Assembly: GCA_051294375.1 (NCBI GenBank)
Contig: CM119269.1
Coordinates: forward strand, 11,576,883-11,640,882
Reading direction: 5' to 3'
Length of the DNA stretch: 64,000 nucleotides
Origin: Paraspadella gotoi
Taxonomy: Eukaryota > Animalia > Chaetognatha
The notes beneath the pieces were generated by a model. That model was given only the letters and a program-made list of their open reading frames with translations. It made no database searches and was not told the origin of the DNA. Positions 40,376-53,998 of this stretch are shown piece by piece (position 1 is the stretch's first letter; each line of letters begins with the position of its first letter). The translations under genes and the position numbers were made by a program.

Positions 40376-41439
40376 TGCAACATAAGTCTACAACCATTTA
40401 ATTGACTATAGAGAACGAGACGGCAGCTGAGTCTGTAAAAATAAAAGAGGAAAGGAAAGGAAAGGAAAGGAAAGGATATATCAACGGAAAAGAAAAAAAA
40501 GGAGAAAAAAAGAAGAAAAAAGAGTTTAGAGTTTTGCGCCGCAGTAATTTTTTCATTTGTACGCATTTTTAGGTAATCATGAGATTAATAAAATTATTAT
40601 AGCTTGTATTAAAATATATATTCTAAACGTTCACTAATACTAATTTACCTCTTTGCCAATATAAGTCAAAATATATGGAGTTTAATGCAACTTACCGACA
40701 AGATTTAGGGGTGGGACCGATGGACCGACAAAGTGAATTATTGAGTCAGAATCTGCTGACAAGCAGATCCGACTAGAAAATAACATTTCTAGTCATATAT
40801 TTAAATATTTTGTTGATCATCTGATAGCACAAGAATAAAACCAAAACATACTAAACATCTTATGGTAGTTTAAGCTTTTGCCAAATATTATTTAAAATCA
40901 TACAAAATTAACAAAATTAGCAATATTAAAGTTGAACAGACGGACCGACCAAAAAGTGTCTTACAGAGTCGCTCCGTGAAAAAAGAAGAAGAATAAAATA
41001 AGGAGCTAATCGGAGGAAATGAGGAAGATGAGCCAATTTACTTCCTCACGGATTCTTAATCGCGCGGGTTTCGTGAATTCGGTCTCACAACGTGAAGATA
41101 GAATGCGATTGAGTCACGAGTGAAACAAATAAGTGAAACAGAGATCGATGTGAGAAGAGAAAATGATGAAAACAATTTTGTGAGATTGATCAGTTGTGAT
41201 GGTCAGATGTATTTGTAGTTCACATTTAGAACAACACTTTTGCAGGAGCAAGTTTTTTTTTAAACCCTTATTTCTCTATCTCTCTCTCTCTCTCTGTCTC
41301 TTTCTCTCTCTATCTCTCTCTCACACATCTACCTCCCTAACAAAAAAATTCACCACCGGGGCGGTGAAAAATAGCCGCACTCGCAATAGTGACGTCTGGC
41401 AGCGGGCGGCGGCCGGATGCGGCAGCGGACTGCGACGGG

Positions 41440-41475
<36 letters not shown>

Positions 41476-41629
41476 TAAAATCGGGAGAGTAACGAGTCTT
41501 GCTCCGTGAAAAAGCGCCTCCTAACGGACGAGAGCTCAGGTGTCGCCGGTGTCGGTCTCCTCGACGGGCGTTCGAGCCGACGGGCGTTCGTGCCCGGTGC
41601 TCGACGCCGACCGAAGTCAAACGATAGGC

Positions 41630-42545
41630 CGTGATGTAGAAATGTTGTGTTCGAGTGATGAAGAAACAGGAAGAGAGGCTATGATGTAGAAATAAGAGCC
41701 GATCAGTCGCTGTTGTGTTTGAGTAATGGAGAGAAAGAAATAGAGGCTGTGATGTAGAAATCGGAGCCGATCCGTGGCTCTTGTGTTCAAGTGATGGAGA
41801 GATAGGAAGAGAGACGGTGATGTAGACGTCGGTGCCGATGGGTGTTCAAGTGATTGAGAGATAGAGATAAAGGTTGTGATGTAGAAATTGGTGCTGATCA
41901 GTGGTTGTTATGTTCGAGTTATGGAGAGATAGAGAGGTCGTGATGTAGAATTCGGTGCCGATTAGTGGCTTTTGTGTTCAAGTGAGGGAGAGATAGAGAG
42001 AGTGGCTGTGATGTAGAAATCGGTGCCGATCAGTGAGGCTGTTGTGTTCGAGTGATGGAGAGATAAGGAGAAAGGCCGTGATGTAGAAATCGGTGCCAAT
42101 CAGTAGCTGTTGTGTTCAAGTGATGGAGAGATAAAGAGAAAGGCCATGATGTAGAAATTGGTGCTGATCAGTGGTTGTTGTGTTCAAGTTATGGAAAGAT
42201 AGAGAGAAAGGCCGTGATGTATAAATCATTGCCGATCAATGTGGATGTTGTGTTCGAGTGATGGAGAGATAGAGAGAAAGGCCATGATGTAGAAATTGGT
42301 GCTGATTAATGGCTGTTGTGTTCGAGTGATAGAGAGATAGAAAGTCCGTGATGTAGAAATCGGTGCCAATAAGTGGCTGTTGTGTTTGAGTGATGGAGAG
42401 ATAGAGAGAAAGGCCGTGAAGTAGAAATCAATGCTGATCACTGGCTGTTGGGTTCGAGTGATGGAGAGATAGTGAGAAAGTCCGTGATGTAGAATTCGGT
42501 GCCAATAAGTGGCTTTTGTGTTCGAGTGATGGAGAGAAAGAGAGA
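41630..42545. repeat. 68-bp tandem satellite, about 13-14 units
   Basis: The unit GTGATGTAGAAATCGGTGCCGATCAGTGGCTGTTGTGTTCGAGTGATGGAGAGATAGAGAGAAAGGCC recurs at about 41940, 42008, 42078, 42146, 42214 and onwards. Confidence 0.95.
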
Positions 42546-42888
42546 TAATTTAGAGGTGGGGTGCGTCGAGGGGGTGCAGATGGCGGTAGAACGGTTTTAA
42601 CTATAGCGACGAAAAGTAAACGTGAATGAGAAGCGATAAAACAACTTTAGTGTTGAAGTGACTTACTTCAATTTGACTGCCACAGTGTGACAAACTAACG
42701 GAGGGATCGACGATCGGAAAAACTATTATCCATCCTGAACAAAAATTCCTTCATCGAAATACAAATTATAATTAAAAGATTAATTCTCTCCTTGGTCTTT
42801 TCTGTCTGTCATTATCTTTGTCATCACTTTTATCATCGCTCAATCGTTTATAAACCTAAAACCTTCATTTTGTTAATTGAATAAACAT

Positions 42889-45800
42889 AGATCTACCAAA
42901 AATCAATAAGAATACTAGATCTCTATTAACGACTTCTTCTATTTGGTTTTTCTTTGTCTGCTCTGTACATTGGAACCATAAAAACAAAAAAAAGTTGACC
43001 GGAATAAAACTCACAAGAGCGATCAAATGATAGAGTACAATCCACTTTTTCGTGGTGTTTGAACATAATAATTTATAGTCATATATTTTGGATAATTTTA
43101 AGATAAATTTTTGATAAGTATCATAATTACTATTATTTTTGATATTTATTTAATTTTTATTAATATTTTTAATAATAATATTATTATTATATTGACTAAA
43201 TTTATTTAAATTTATCAACTTCATTAACTTATTCAATGGTAATTTTTTTTTATTTGGCTTGCCCTTCACCCAATCTCAGCCTATTCTACTTAAATTTTAA
43301 GTTTTATTAAACAAACCTTTATAATACTTAGTAATAAAGGTTAATAAGTAATAAATATGAGATATAACAAAATATTTTTTTAATTTTTGACAACAATTAT
43401 TTTTTAAATTAATTCTTAGAAATTAAAAATAACAATTATAACTTAAATAAATCTAAATTTAGGTAAAACAGACTCTATAATCTTGCATTTTATCAGTATT
43501 TGAATTGATTTAATCTGAACTGGTCTTTCACTGTTTTTGTTGCTTTCGCTTCTTTGTTGTGGGAATCTCCTTTGTGCAAATCATTCAAATTAAATTCTTA
43601 CCTAAAAGGTTAAACAGGATCTAAGGATAATATTGTTTAAAAATTCATTCATTTGTCCAAAACACTTATTCATGATTTGTTATTACCTATTTAATATTTA
43701 TATTATTTTAAAATATTTCCCTTATATTAAATGCAGCAATCTATAAATAAAACATTATTTGGATAAAAAAAAATAAAATGACTAAATAAGGACCCGTTTT
43801 ATTGCTGCTGAGGGGGCACAGAACATACGGATAATAATCTTCAGGACACTTAGCACCTTATTCACACTGGTAAGCTCATCTCGTAGAGCGTATTTCAACC
43901 TTATTCCAGGCCCCTGGACTTGCTGAAGATTGCTCCCTTCTCTCCACTTAAAGCAGTATAGGGTGGGTTACAATCTGGGAGGCATTTAGTCGGGTATTAC
44001 ATAAGTGAACCCCAAATCGGGTTTCATTTTCCAACTCACTGTTTTTAAATTAAATTTTTTTTGGAACTTTTAGCACTTTTTTAAACAAATTATTTATTAA
44101 AATATTAACAATATTCATATCCTCAGAAAGCCCTTAAAAATATTAAGAGAATGATATACTTACAAAAGTTAAAGTAAAAAGTAAGCTGCCCAGCCTTGGT
44201 TCAATTAAGAGTGTCAAAAGTGGAATTATTTAAAATTTTTAAATCTTTTTTCAAAATATATGACTGTTTAAATTATATATATTTTTCAAAACTCTTATAC
44301 TCTGTTGTAAATTTCAAAAAATGTATCTTTATTATTTATTTATCCTGTTGTTTCTCCTCTCTCTCTTCTCTTTTCTCTTCTCTAACAAGTTTCACTTCTT
44401 TTCACAACTGCCTCACCTTCAACCTGTCCTCACATCTGACCATATTCTGTCTCACCACTTTGTTGGGAAAACTTTTACCCTCTCTGAAGTAGAACCAGTG
44501 GCCACAGATAGTTTGTGGACCGAGAGAGACTGAGATATCTTCTCTCGAGCTCTCTCCTCTTCTCTCGGTCAACCTCAGTCAGAATTTGGTGCGAGTTTAG
44601 TTGATAGATTCGCTCGCTTGGACGATTTTCCCTCGGTATTTGAACCATTTTCCTACGGCATTTTACACTGGCTTTAACGAAATTATTATGGATATATAGA
44701 CGGATTATTGATGCATTTCTTTAGAATTATACTTTCGATTTACTCTATGATTTCTCTTACATTGTCTTCGAGATTATTATCATGATATAGAGTCAGTGGA
44801 TGCCTTGTCGGTTGCGGTATTTAGCCGAGCCTTTTGGACCAACTGATATTACTTGGGAGGGCGTAGAGAGACAGAAACTTCTCTACACCTCTCTCATTTT
44901 CTCTCCTTTCCTCTCTCTCTCTCTCTCTCTCTCTCACACTCTTCCTTTACACAAAATTTTTTATGAATGTCAAATCGGATGAAGGCTTGAAGCCACAAGC
45001 GAAACATTTCCGTCTCATTAATATAATCGTTGTAATAATTTAAAAAATACTTTGCTTTCTCAACAATTATTATAACATATTATATATATTATATATTATA
45101 TATATATTATATATAACATATTATATTGGTTGTACCAATTTCATAAAATATTATTATTTATAAAAGTATCATGAAAGAGCCTGAGAAAAAAAGATTTGAG
45201 ATAACCAATCACAATTTGATAAAAATCATAAATTTACTCTCCAGCTATTGATTTTTAAAAAGATGTTTCGTTTTTGAGTATCCTAATTAAATTAAAGCTG
45301 GACAGTTAAATTTTATACTACAGTATTCGTAAGAACGTCATTCTCTTTAGATTTGAAAGGGCTTTCAGAAAATAATAAGATTAATATTATTTTATTTTAA
45401 TTTTTTTCAGAAAACTTACTGAAAGTAAAAAAAGATTAAATCTAAAAAAAGTGAGTTTAAAAATTAGAGACGATTTTAAAATCCATCTTCCTGCTATCAT
45501 TGCTGAGGCATATCAAAGTCGATTCTGATAAAATTTGCGTATATAAATAGTTTTGGTTTTTACTTTTAAATTCATATTTAACATTGAAAAAATCTTCATA
45601 GGTTTGCAAATGACAGCGTTTTTCTACCGGCGCTTGTAAAATTGTCACCATGTATTGGTAAAATGAAATTTATAAAAGAAGTTTTTAGAAAATATTATAT
45701 TAGATACTGCAAAACCTTTTCTTAAGTGATAATTTAATTTGAATGATTTGCACAATAGAGATTCTCACTAAAAAGCAGAAAATGCAGAACAGCAAAAGAC

Positions 45801-46475
45801 CAGGTCATATTAAATCAATTCAGATACTTATCTGATGAAAGGTTATAAATAGTATTTTACCTGAATTTACATTCTTGGAAAACCAAGAATTTATTTAAAA
45901 AATAATTTTATCAGAAAAAATTATTTTATAAATAAGGAACAAAAATGTCTTTATTTTGTTTTATATTTATTACTTATTAACCTTTATCATTAAGTATTAT
46001 AAAAGTTTATTTAATAAAACTTCAAAGTTAGGAAAATTAAACTTATTTGCCACGTTTAATATGAGATAGAGTCAAGGTTAAGCCAAATAATAAAAAAAAT
46101 TACCAATAAATAGGTTTATAAGCAAGTTTAATTAAATTTAATTAGTATAATAAAAATTTTATTAATAATATTAATAATAATGATAAAATAAATATTATTA
46201 ATAATTGGAATTATGATACTATTTAAAAATTTTTTCTAAATTTATGAAAAATATTAATTAAAATCGATTTTATCTTAAAGGTTTCTATAAATTCTTAGGT
46301 TCAAACACCGCCGAAAAGGCGATTGTACTCTATCATTTGATCGCACTTGTGAGTTTTATTCCGGTCAATTTTTTTTAGTTTTTGTGGTTCCAAAGTATAG
46401 AGCAGACAAAGAAAAACCGACAAAGAAGTTGTTAAGAGATATTATCTAGTGCGGTTATTGATTTTTGGTTGATCT
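42889..46475. mobile_element. MULE-like non-autonomous element (3.6 kb) with long TIRs
   Basis: AGATCTACCAAAAATCAATAA ... TTATTGATTTTTGGTTGATCT, with inverted similarity over several hundred bp. Perfect 9-bp TSD AATAAACAT at 42880-42888 and 46476-46484. Confidence 0.88.
44285..45065 (+). mobile_element. Solo PLE pLTR relic nested in the MULE (duplicate at about 34920-35750)
   Basis: Shares ACCTGTCCTCACATCTGACCA...CTTTGTTGG(G)AAA, a CT tract, the hammerhead position and a downstream AT-rich tail with the pLTR at 5978-6452. Confidence 0.7.
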
Positions 46476-47108
46476 AATAAACATCAACATTAATCATAAG
46501 GGAAAATAAGCGAAACCAAGTATTTTAAAAATCCTCGAGGCTCAATTTCTATTTTCCCTCTTTTCGCTCATATGTCACAAGTAGAGCTTTTTTTAACATT
46601 CCATCTCAACAAAAGAGCAACAAACTTTTTTCTTTTTTTTTCCATCAGCGAAAAAAAAAATTAAACAACGGGATAAACTTTGGTTTGACCTTTGAAGGTT
46701 TCGTTTCTCACCTCGAGTCGTTCGCATTGTCGTCATTGGTTGGTTGGTCGTCGTCGTCGTCGTCGTCGTTCGTCCCTCGACCCCGCGGGCCTCATTCTCG
46801 CCCCTGGCTTAGGTGACCCCATCGTTTTTCGTCGTCGACGTCGTCGTTTTCGTCGTCGTCGGTAAATCGATGTTTTCTTCTTCCAGAAAAAGAGTTGGTC
46901 ATCATTATCCTTAGCGTCGTCGTTGTTGTTGTTGTTGTTGTCGTTGTCGAGTGTTCTGTCGATTAGAGTAAAGTAGACAACGACGACGNNNNNNNNNNNN
47001 NNNNNNNNNNNNNTAGACAACGACGACGAGGACCGACCTCCAAATGTCCGCGTCGACACCTGCGCGCAAAAATCTAGTTTCTCTCTCTCTCTCTTCTCTC
47101 TTCTCTCT

Positions 47109-47153
<45 letters not shown>

Positions 47154-47549
47154 CTCTCTCTCTCGTCTCTGTCCGTTACACACGTAAGTAAGTTTTCCTC
47201 ACCCTACGAATTCCACACCATCCATGACACCCTTACCCCTCCAGTCCAAAATAGAGATCGTCCTCATCACCCCGTAGAGGAGAACGATCCTCAACACCCC
47301 AAAGGTAATACCGTTTCTCAACACTCCAGAGAGGAGAGCTTACCCCTCACCATCCATAAAGATTAACATCGACCCATCAAACACCCCAAAGTTAAGCCCG
47401 ACCCCTCGACACCCCACCTTCCAACGGCCGAAGGTCATTGACGAGGGAGACTCGAGGGAAAGGAATTCGCGTTAAGAAGAGAATGAGTTTTGATCTCTGC
47501 GAAGTTTTGACAACAAAAGATCAAAACAACGATAAAGGAGAGAGAGAGA

Positions 47550-47594
<45 letters not shown>

Positions 47595-47692
47595 GGAAAG
47601 AGAAAAAAGGTAAACAAAGGGAGGAGAAGACGAAAGAGAAGGTTGTAAATTTTTTCCGGTGAAATTTTTGTCATCGTGGAAGAGAGAGAGGG

Positions 47693-47773
<81 letters not shown>

Positions 47774-49496
47774 AGATGAGGAATGGAGAAAGAGAAAAAA
47801 AAGTAAAACAAAGGGAGTGAAGAGAGAGAGAAATGAGAAAGGTTGTAAATTTTTTCCGGTGAATTTTGGGTGTCATCGTGGAAAGAGAAGAGAGGAACGA
47901 GAGAGAGAAGAGAGAGAAGAGAGAGAGAGAGATGAGGAGATAGAGAGAGAGAGAAGATGAGAGAGAGAGAGTGAAGGAAAGAGAGAAAGAGAAAAAGAGA
48001 GAGAGAGAAGATGAGAGAGAGAGAGAGGAGAGAGAGAGAAAAAAGAAAGGAGAAAGAGAGACAGAAAAAGTTAAGAAAAAGAAATAGAGAGCGAGGAGAG
48101 ACAGAAGGACCGTTCACCAAAGAGTCTCTGTTGGGTCAAGATTCCTGACGCCGTCACAGACTAGAGACAGAAGAAGAGGAGGAGGAGGAAGAGGCATGGG
48201 AGGAGGAGAGAAACTCAGGGGGGGGCGAAACTAGACAAGAGAAAGGAAATTTTGGTAGCAGAAGCTGTCTTCGTCGTTATGAGGAGTTTATTGAGGAAGG
48301 AAAGGGGAATCATTATGCGAGAGAAGGAGGGCAGAGAGAGAGGAGAGAGGAGAGAGAGAGAGAGACTTGAGAGAAGAGAGAGAGAGAGAGAGAGAGACGA
48401 GACGAGAGAGACTCTGGTTTCGGCGATGAGTTTCGCGTGCCTACCGTTCGAGGAAAAGAGGAGGAAATGAGAGGAAGAGAGAAAAGGGGGAGAAAGTGGG
48501 AAGGAGGGGAAGAGGGATGGTGAGCTTTGTATGACGTTGGTCCCTCTGTTGGACCGCAAGAGGAGAGAATGTAATTTTGGCAAAAGTGAAAATGGTAACG
48601 GTCAGGGCCTTGGGATGAGATTTTTTCATGGAGAAACAACAGAAACAAATGACTAAATTTACAAGTAATGTCATCCTTCAGAATCGTCTTCCCCAGGGGC
48701 GTGCTAGGTGGCGCGGGGCGCCGCCCCGAGGCGGCAGGCAAATCCTTACCGCCTAGGGGCAGCCTCTTTTTTTGCGGCCCCAAAGGGCCACTCCAGGGGG
48801 AATTCTCCAGAGAGGTTAGAAAAACCATTTTCCCCTTAGGGCCACTTCCCAGGAAGGATGAATTTGCCTGCCCCCTGGAACGGCTCTCTCTCTTTCTTAT
48901 CTCTCTCTCCCTCTTCTCTCTCTCTCACTCTCTTCCCTCTCTCTCTCTCTCTTTCTATATCTACTTTTCTTTTTTCATCTTTCATTAAAATAAAATATAA
49001 AAATTAAAGTAATATTTTTTACTTCAATTAATTCAATCAATGAACCAATAGCTGTAACAATACAACTTGCATAATTTTGGTCAACTTGCATAATTTTGTC
49101 AAATGACATGGATTTTGGTCAAATGGACATAATTGGTAACTTTTCATAATTTTACTAAACTTTCATAATTTGCGTTAACTTAACTAGCATAATTTGGTAA
49201 TTTTTTTATAATTAATGTCAATTTGCATAAATTTGGTTAACCTTTTCATATTTGCGTATAAACTTTATAAATTTGGTAAACTTTCACTCTCTTCTCTCAA
49301 AACCGTCAGCATCTTCCTCAACAACGTGAGTTCAGTCTGACGCAATCTACAAACTGACGGTTATTAATTACAAATCTTAATCTGGTTTATTCCTTAAAAT
49401 CATAAAACACAAACGAAAAAGAAAAGAATCATAACAAAATCTTAACATTGAAAAAAAATTTTTTATTTTCACATGTGGAATTATTTAATGTTTATC

Positions 49497-51500
49497 ATGT
49501 GGAAGGACGATGCCACGCAGCAATTTACTGTCCGTTGCATACACAAGGTCCCGACTTCGAGATCGGGCTTTAAGTCCGTCAACTACAGGTGGCGTAGACG
49601 CTACCACATTCCCCCCCTAGGCATCACACACCCGCGCAAGTGTGATGCGCTATTGATGCACGCGTTGTGCCGAGCACTCTTGAATGGGCTGGCTATTTCC
49701 TGCTCCCGTCTTCACCATACGATGGTTCGAGGGGCAGAGTGTGTTTAACATGCCCGTCGCAGAGGTGTATTAAGGCCAGGGATCACTCAACCAAAAATTG
49801 TAGAAATATTAATTTACTGATATCTTAATCATTTTCTTACCATCTGTAAGACGTTTTCTATTAAAATAATCGAAAACTTTTAAAAATTTTAAACAAAATT
49901 TTTTTTCGATAAAAACTAGCATTTTCAAGAGAAAAAATTTTTTAATGTAAAGCTAAATTTCTACAACCAAATCTTTAACTTAAAAACTGATTCTTTACAG
50001 TAAGCTCCAATTTCTACTTCTTCTTTGGCTACAATTACCATACTTGGAGTTGTATCACTTAATTAAAAGTCTAAAAAAAATAAACTACTCTACACATTTT
50101 CCAAATGGGTTTTTATGTTTTTATGAGTTTTATGAGTTTTAAAAACTTATCAAATTTTATTTCAATTTGACTTTTTTACTTTATGTAAATGTTTTATATC
50201 ATAAAATGTTGCCCTATTTTCTAGGGAATCTCTGAAATCTCTAATCATCACATCCGTGCTTGTGTATGTTGTGTGAATCTTGAAAAAGTAACTGAGTAAG
50301 TTAACTTTCTTGAGAAGGAAGTTAAAACGAAAAAGTGCAAGCTCAAACCATTGGACTCTTCTTGAAGAAAAAAAAATATCTTGGGCAGAAAGGAAAGCGT
50401 GGGGGAGATTCTATGACGCGCGTGTTGGAAAATGTTTTCTTTTCAAAGATATTCAAGGAATTAATTCCCAAAAATTGATTTAAAAATAATCAAAATTTTT
50501 CTATGAAGGAAGGCAATATTTTGAAAGTATCATTTTCATAGAATTGGAGTTTCATGACCTAAGGTAATTTCATGCCAAATTTCATGAGAACGGCCATTAC
50601 CGTTTGGGCTGCAACCTCTTCAAAATAGTTTCTTTTATTTTACAAAAAAATCGAAAACGATGACGCCTTTGAAAAATATAAAGTGAATACATTTTCGGAA
50701 TCGTCAGGAGCTCTCCTTTTCGAAATCGCAGCTCGTGTTTTAGCCTAATTATAATTGAATGAGTTTGATCCCGGACCTAAACGTGCCAGCGTGTTTCGTG
50801 TGGTATCACCATATGTGAAGATTGATTCCGCGAGCAATTTTACCGTCCGTTTGGCACACAAGGTCCGAACTTTGCGATCGGGCTGTAGTCCGTCCACTAT
50901 AAGGTGGGCTTAGACGCTCCATCCCGCTTTTACTTGTGTGAATCAGGCAGGGCGCGAACCCAAGTCCTTTGGGTTGGAGGAGTTCGTTTGTACCTCCAGC
51001 CGCCCATAAGGGTGGCTTGTGATTCTCAGACGAGTAACGGGGTATGAAATTACTACCGCTACCCATCCCCCCCTAGGCATCACACCACCGCGCAAGGTAT
51101 GATGGCTATGATGCACGGCTTGTGCCGGAGCACTCTAGAAGGGGCTGCCGTATTCCTGCTCCCCGTCTTCACACACGATGGTCGAGGGCAGAGGTGTGTT
51201 AAACATGCCCGGATGGCAGAGGTGTATAACGTGCCAGCTGTTTCGTGTGGTCTCACCAATGTGGAAAGACGATCCGCGCAGGCAATTTTTACCGTCCGTT
51301 GCCACACAATCGGTCCCGAACTTGGATCGGGGCTGGTAGTCCGTCACTACACTACGCCCCGTCCCGGCTTTACTTGTGTGAATCAGCAGGGTTGCGAACC
51401 CGAGTCCTTTGGGTTTGGAGGAGTTCGTGGGCTACCTCCGGCGCCATCGGTGCTTGCTGATTCTCGGACGAGTAACGGGGTATGAAATACTACCGCTACA
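49497..51500. repeat. Tandem array of the roughly 427-bp structured repeat, interrupted by the TTAA element
   Basis: Partial unit 49497-49773, full unit 50778-51227 and partial unit 51228-51499. Confidence 0.9.
49774..50777. mobile_element. TTAA-targeting non-autonomous DNA transposon (Kolobok-like GG..CC termini)
   Basis: TTAA|GGCCAGGGATCA...TGATCCCGGACC|TAAA. Removing it restores GCAGAGGTGTATTAACGTGCCAGC, which is intact at 62344-62367. Confidence 0.75.
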
Positions 51501-52881
51501 ATCATGAATTAAAAATCTTGATGAATAGTTTTGTTTTTTTGGGACTCCATAATTCACTAAGTAGGTCTGTTGTCGTCACTGCCCATTATTTGTTGGTGAT
51601 TTATTTAATTCCTCTTTGAACAGGCAAATTATGAATGTTTTTTTTTTTAATTATGTCTCTTCTGTATCAGTTCATCAGTATGTCCCTTCAAACAAAAGAG
51701 AAGAAAAGGATAACCCCCAGGGCAGATTTTTTTAGGAAGACCACCCGCGGGAACGGAGGATTGGGAGATAACTTTTCTCAAATTTATGATGAAATTATTA
51801 ATCTATTCTTCTCTCCTCCTTTCCTCAATTCTTACTTTTCAATCTAAGATCCTCTCTGATTACTTCTTCCATGCTATCTTCCTCCTTTCTTTCCTTGCTC
51901 TTTTCCTTTCCTACTCCCTTCCCTTCCTTGTTCTCCCTTATCTTTTCTCACTTTTTCTTCCATTCCTACCTTTTTCCTTCCACCCTCCTTTTCCTCCCTC
52001 CCATTCCTTAACTTTTCCTCCCCTCCCATTCTTCCCTTTCTGTTTCCCATTCCTCCCTTCCTCCCTCCATTTCTTCCCTTTCCTTCTTCCCAATTCCTCC
52101 CTTTCCTTCTTCCCCATTCTCTCTTTTCCTCCCCTCCCATTCTCCCTTCCTTCTTCTCATTCCTCCCTTTCTCCCTCCCATTTCTTCCCTTTCTTCTTTC
52201 TCATTTCCTCCCATTCCTCCTTCCCATTCATCTTTTCCTTTCTTCCCAATTCTCCCTTTTCCTCCCTTTCCTCCTCCCATTACCTCCTCTTTCCTTCTTC
52301 CCTTTCAAATTTTTCTCTTTTTTCTTTCCTCTCAATTTTAATGCTTCTTTTCCTCACCAGACTCCGGCTCGTCATCAAGGGGCGTGGGCCTCTCCCAAAC
52401 TCGCTTATGAGAAACAATGAAAGAAATGGGGTGAAGAAGAAGAGGAAAGGACAGGGAGATTAGGGGGCAGGAGGATGCAGGAGGAAGGGCGAGAGAGAGA
52501 AAAGGGAGGGGGAGAAATTGGAGAGAGGAGAGTAGGGAGGAGAATTGGTAGGAAAGAGAGAGGGAGAGGAGGAGGAGGAGAAGGAAGAGAAAGATTAGAA
52601 ATAGGGATTTAGGGAGAAGATTAATTGAAGACCGGAGTGTGAAGAAGTGTTGGAAGAAAGGAGGTGATAATGGGAGAAAATGTGAGAATACAGTTTAATA
52701 ATGGGTAAAGCGTGGAAGGAAATCTGCAGTTGGATAAAAGTACAGAAGGAATGTGAGAGTGGCAGATATAAGCGGAAAGAGTAGGATATGTTGAGGAGTA
52801 AAAACAAGTTTGAAAGAAAGAGATGTAGTTCGCGGCATTGCAAAGTTCACCCCGCCTCTAAGCATGCAACCTTCAGTTCGC

Positions 52882-52957
52882 TGACCCGGTGCTCATTTGA
52901 GTAAAGCCATCTGCCTTCATGACCACTAGGTACCGGGTTCAATTCCCAACCCGGTAC
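52882..52957 (+). mobile_element. tRNA-derived SINE head; the body probably continues at about 53999-54122
   Basis: A-box-like GGTGCTCATTTGAGTAAAGC and B-box GGGTTCAATTCCC at tRNA-like spacing, with no intact cloverleaf. Confidence 0.55.
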
Positions 52958-53998
52958 CTACTTCTTGCGGTAGGCGTGAAAAATAACGAAATACTAACAA
53001 ATCAAATGCAGGTACATAGCTATTTTAGTGTTAATAAAATCTGTAGAAATTCGATGATGCATAACCATTTTTTGTTTATAGTCTCATCTTCTTTGTCGGA
53101 AATGGCGATTTTTTGGCAGCATATAACGGTGCTTTTAAAATGGAGCAAACATTGTAGAGTATAAGAAACTCAAATTATTAAATTTTATAAAACCATATTA
53201 TAACTTACATAATATGAAAATAAAGGATCCCATATAAATATTTTCGGTAAGTTTATTACAAATTTTATATTTTATTAATAGTTGTTAGCCTATATTTATT
53301 AATAAATAATTAATAAAAAAATCAAGCTAAAGTTGAAAAATAAAAATTTAAATTTAAAACCAGATTTTGAATTCCTTACAAAAAGTTGATATAAGAAAAT
53401 ATAATCCATTTTAAAAAATTCTTTCATAAGTAGTAGTTAAAAATATTAACAACATTATTATTTGTTTAATTTTTTACATTTTTTGCGCTTAAAATTATAG
53501 TATTTTTCTGCAATTTGACCAAAACTTTAATCGATATAATTTTGAAATATAAAAAATATATTTTCTTATATCAACTTTTTTGCAAAAGAATGCAAATCCA
53601 TGAAAACAATTTTGAAAATTATTATTTTTAACTTTAGCCCAAATTTTTACTCATAATATATTAATAAATATAGTTAACTAACTTTTTATAAACATAAAAT
53701 TTAGAAATAAACTTACCAAATATTTTTTATAAATCTTTATTTTTATATTTCAAAACTCCATATAAATTTTATAAATTTTTTAATAATTTGATTTATCATA
53801 ACTGATAATGCGTTTTAATAATTTATATTACATTAAAAAACCCTTATTTTTCGACAAGAAAGATAAAATTATACAAAATAATTGCGTCATCACCATTCAA
53901 TTTACATGACTACATTACACTAAATAGCTATGTACCTTCACTTTTGATTTGTTATATTTTGTTATTTTTCAACGCTCTACCACTGCGGGAAATGTGAG
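52957..53998. mobile_element. Foldback/long-TIR MITE of about 1 kb
   Basis: GAAAAATAACGAAATACTAACAAATCAAA..GGTACATAGCTATTTTAGTGT is mirrored at 53915-53975, and the symmetry continues inward. No TSD resolved. Confidence 0.75.

Larger units (their letters stand above)
27858..45587. repeat. Direct duplication of about 8.3 kb (27858-36316 vs 37429-45587)
   Basis: Same order of TIR element, HINE, (GGC)n island, 68-bp satellite, MULE TIR and pLTR. The differences are mostly small indels. Confidence 0.93.

Noticed and set aside
41630-42545. 68-bp array as a CRISPR array or a coding repeat
   Set aside because: The whole unit repeats with no unique spacers, there are no cas genes, the context is eukaryotic, and the unit length is not a multiple of three.
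52882-52957. Functional tRNA gene
   Set aside because: It has A/B boxes but no consistent anticodon arm or acceptor stem.
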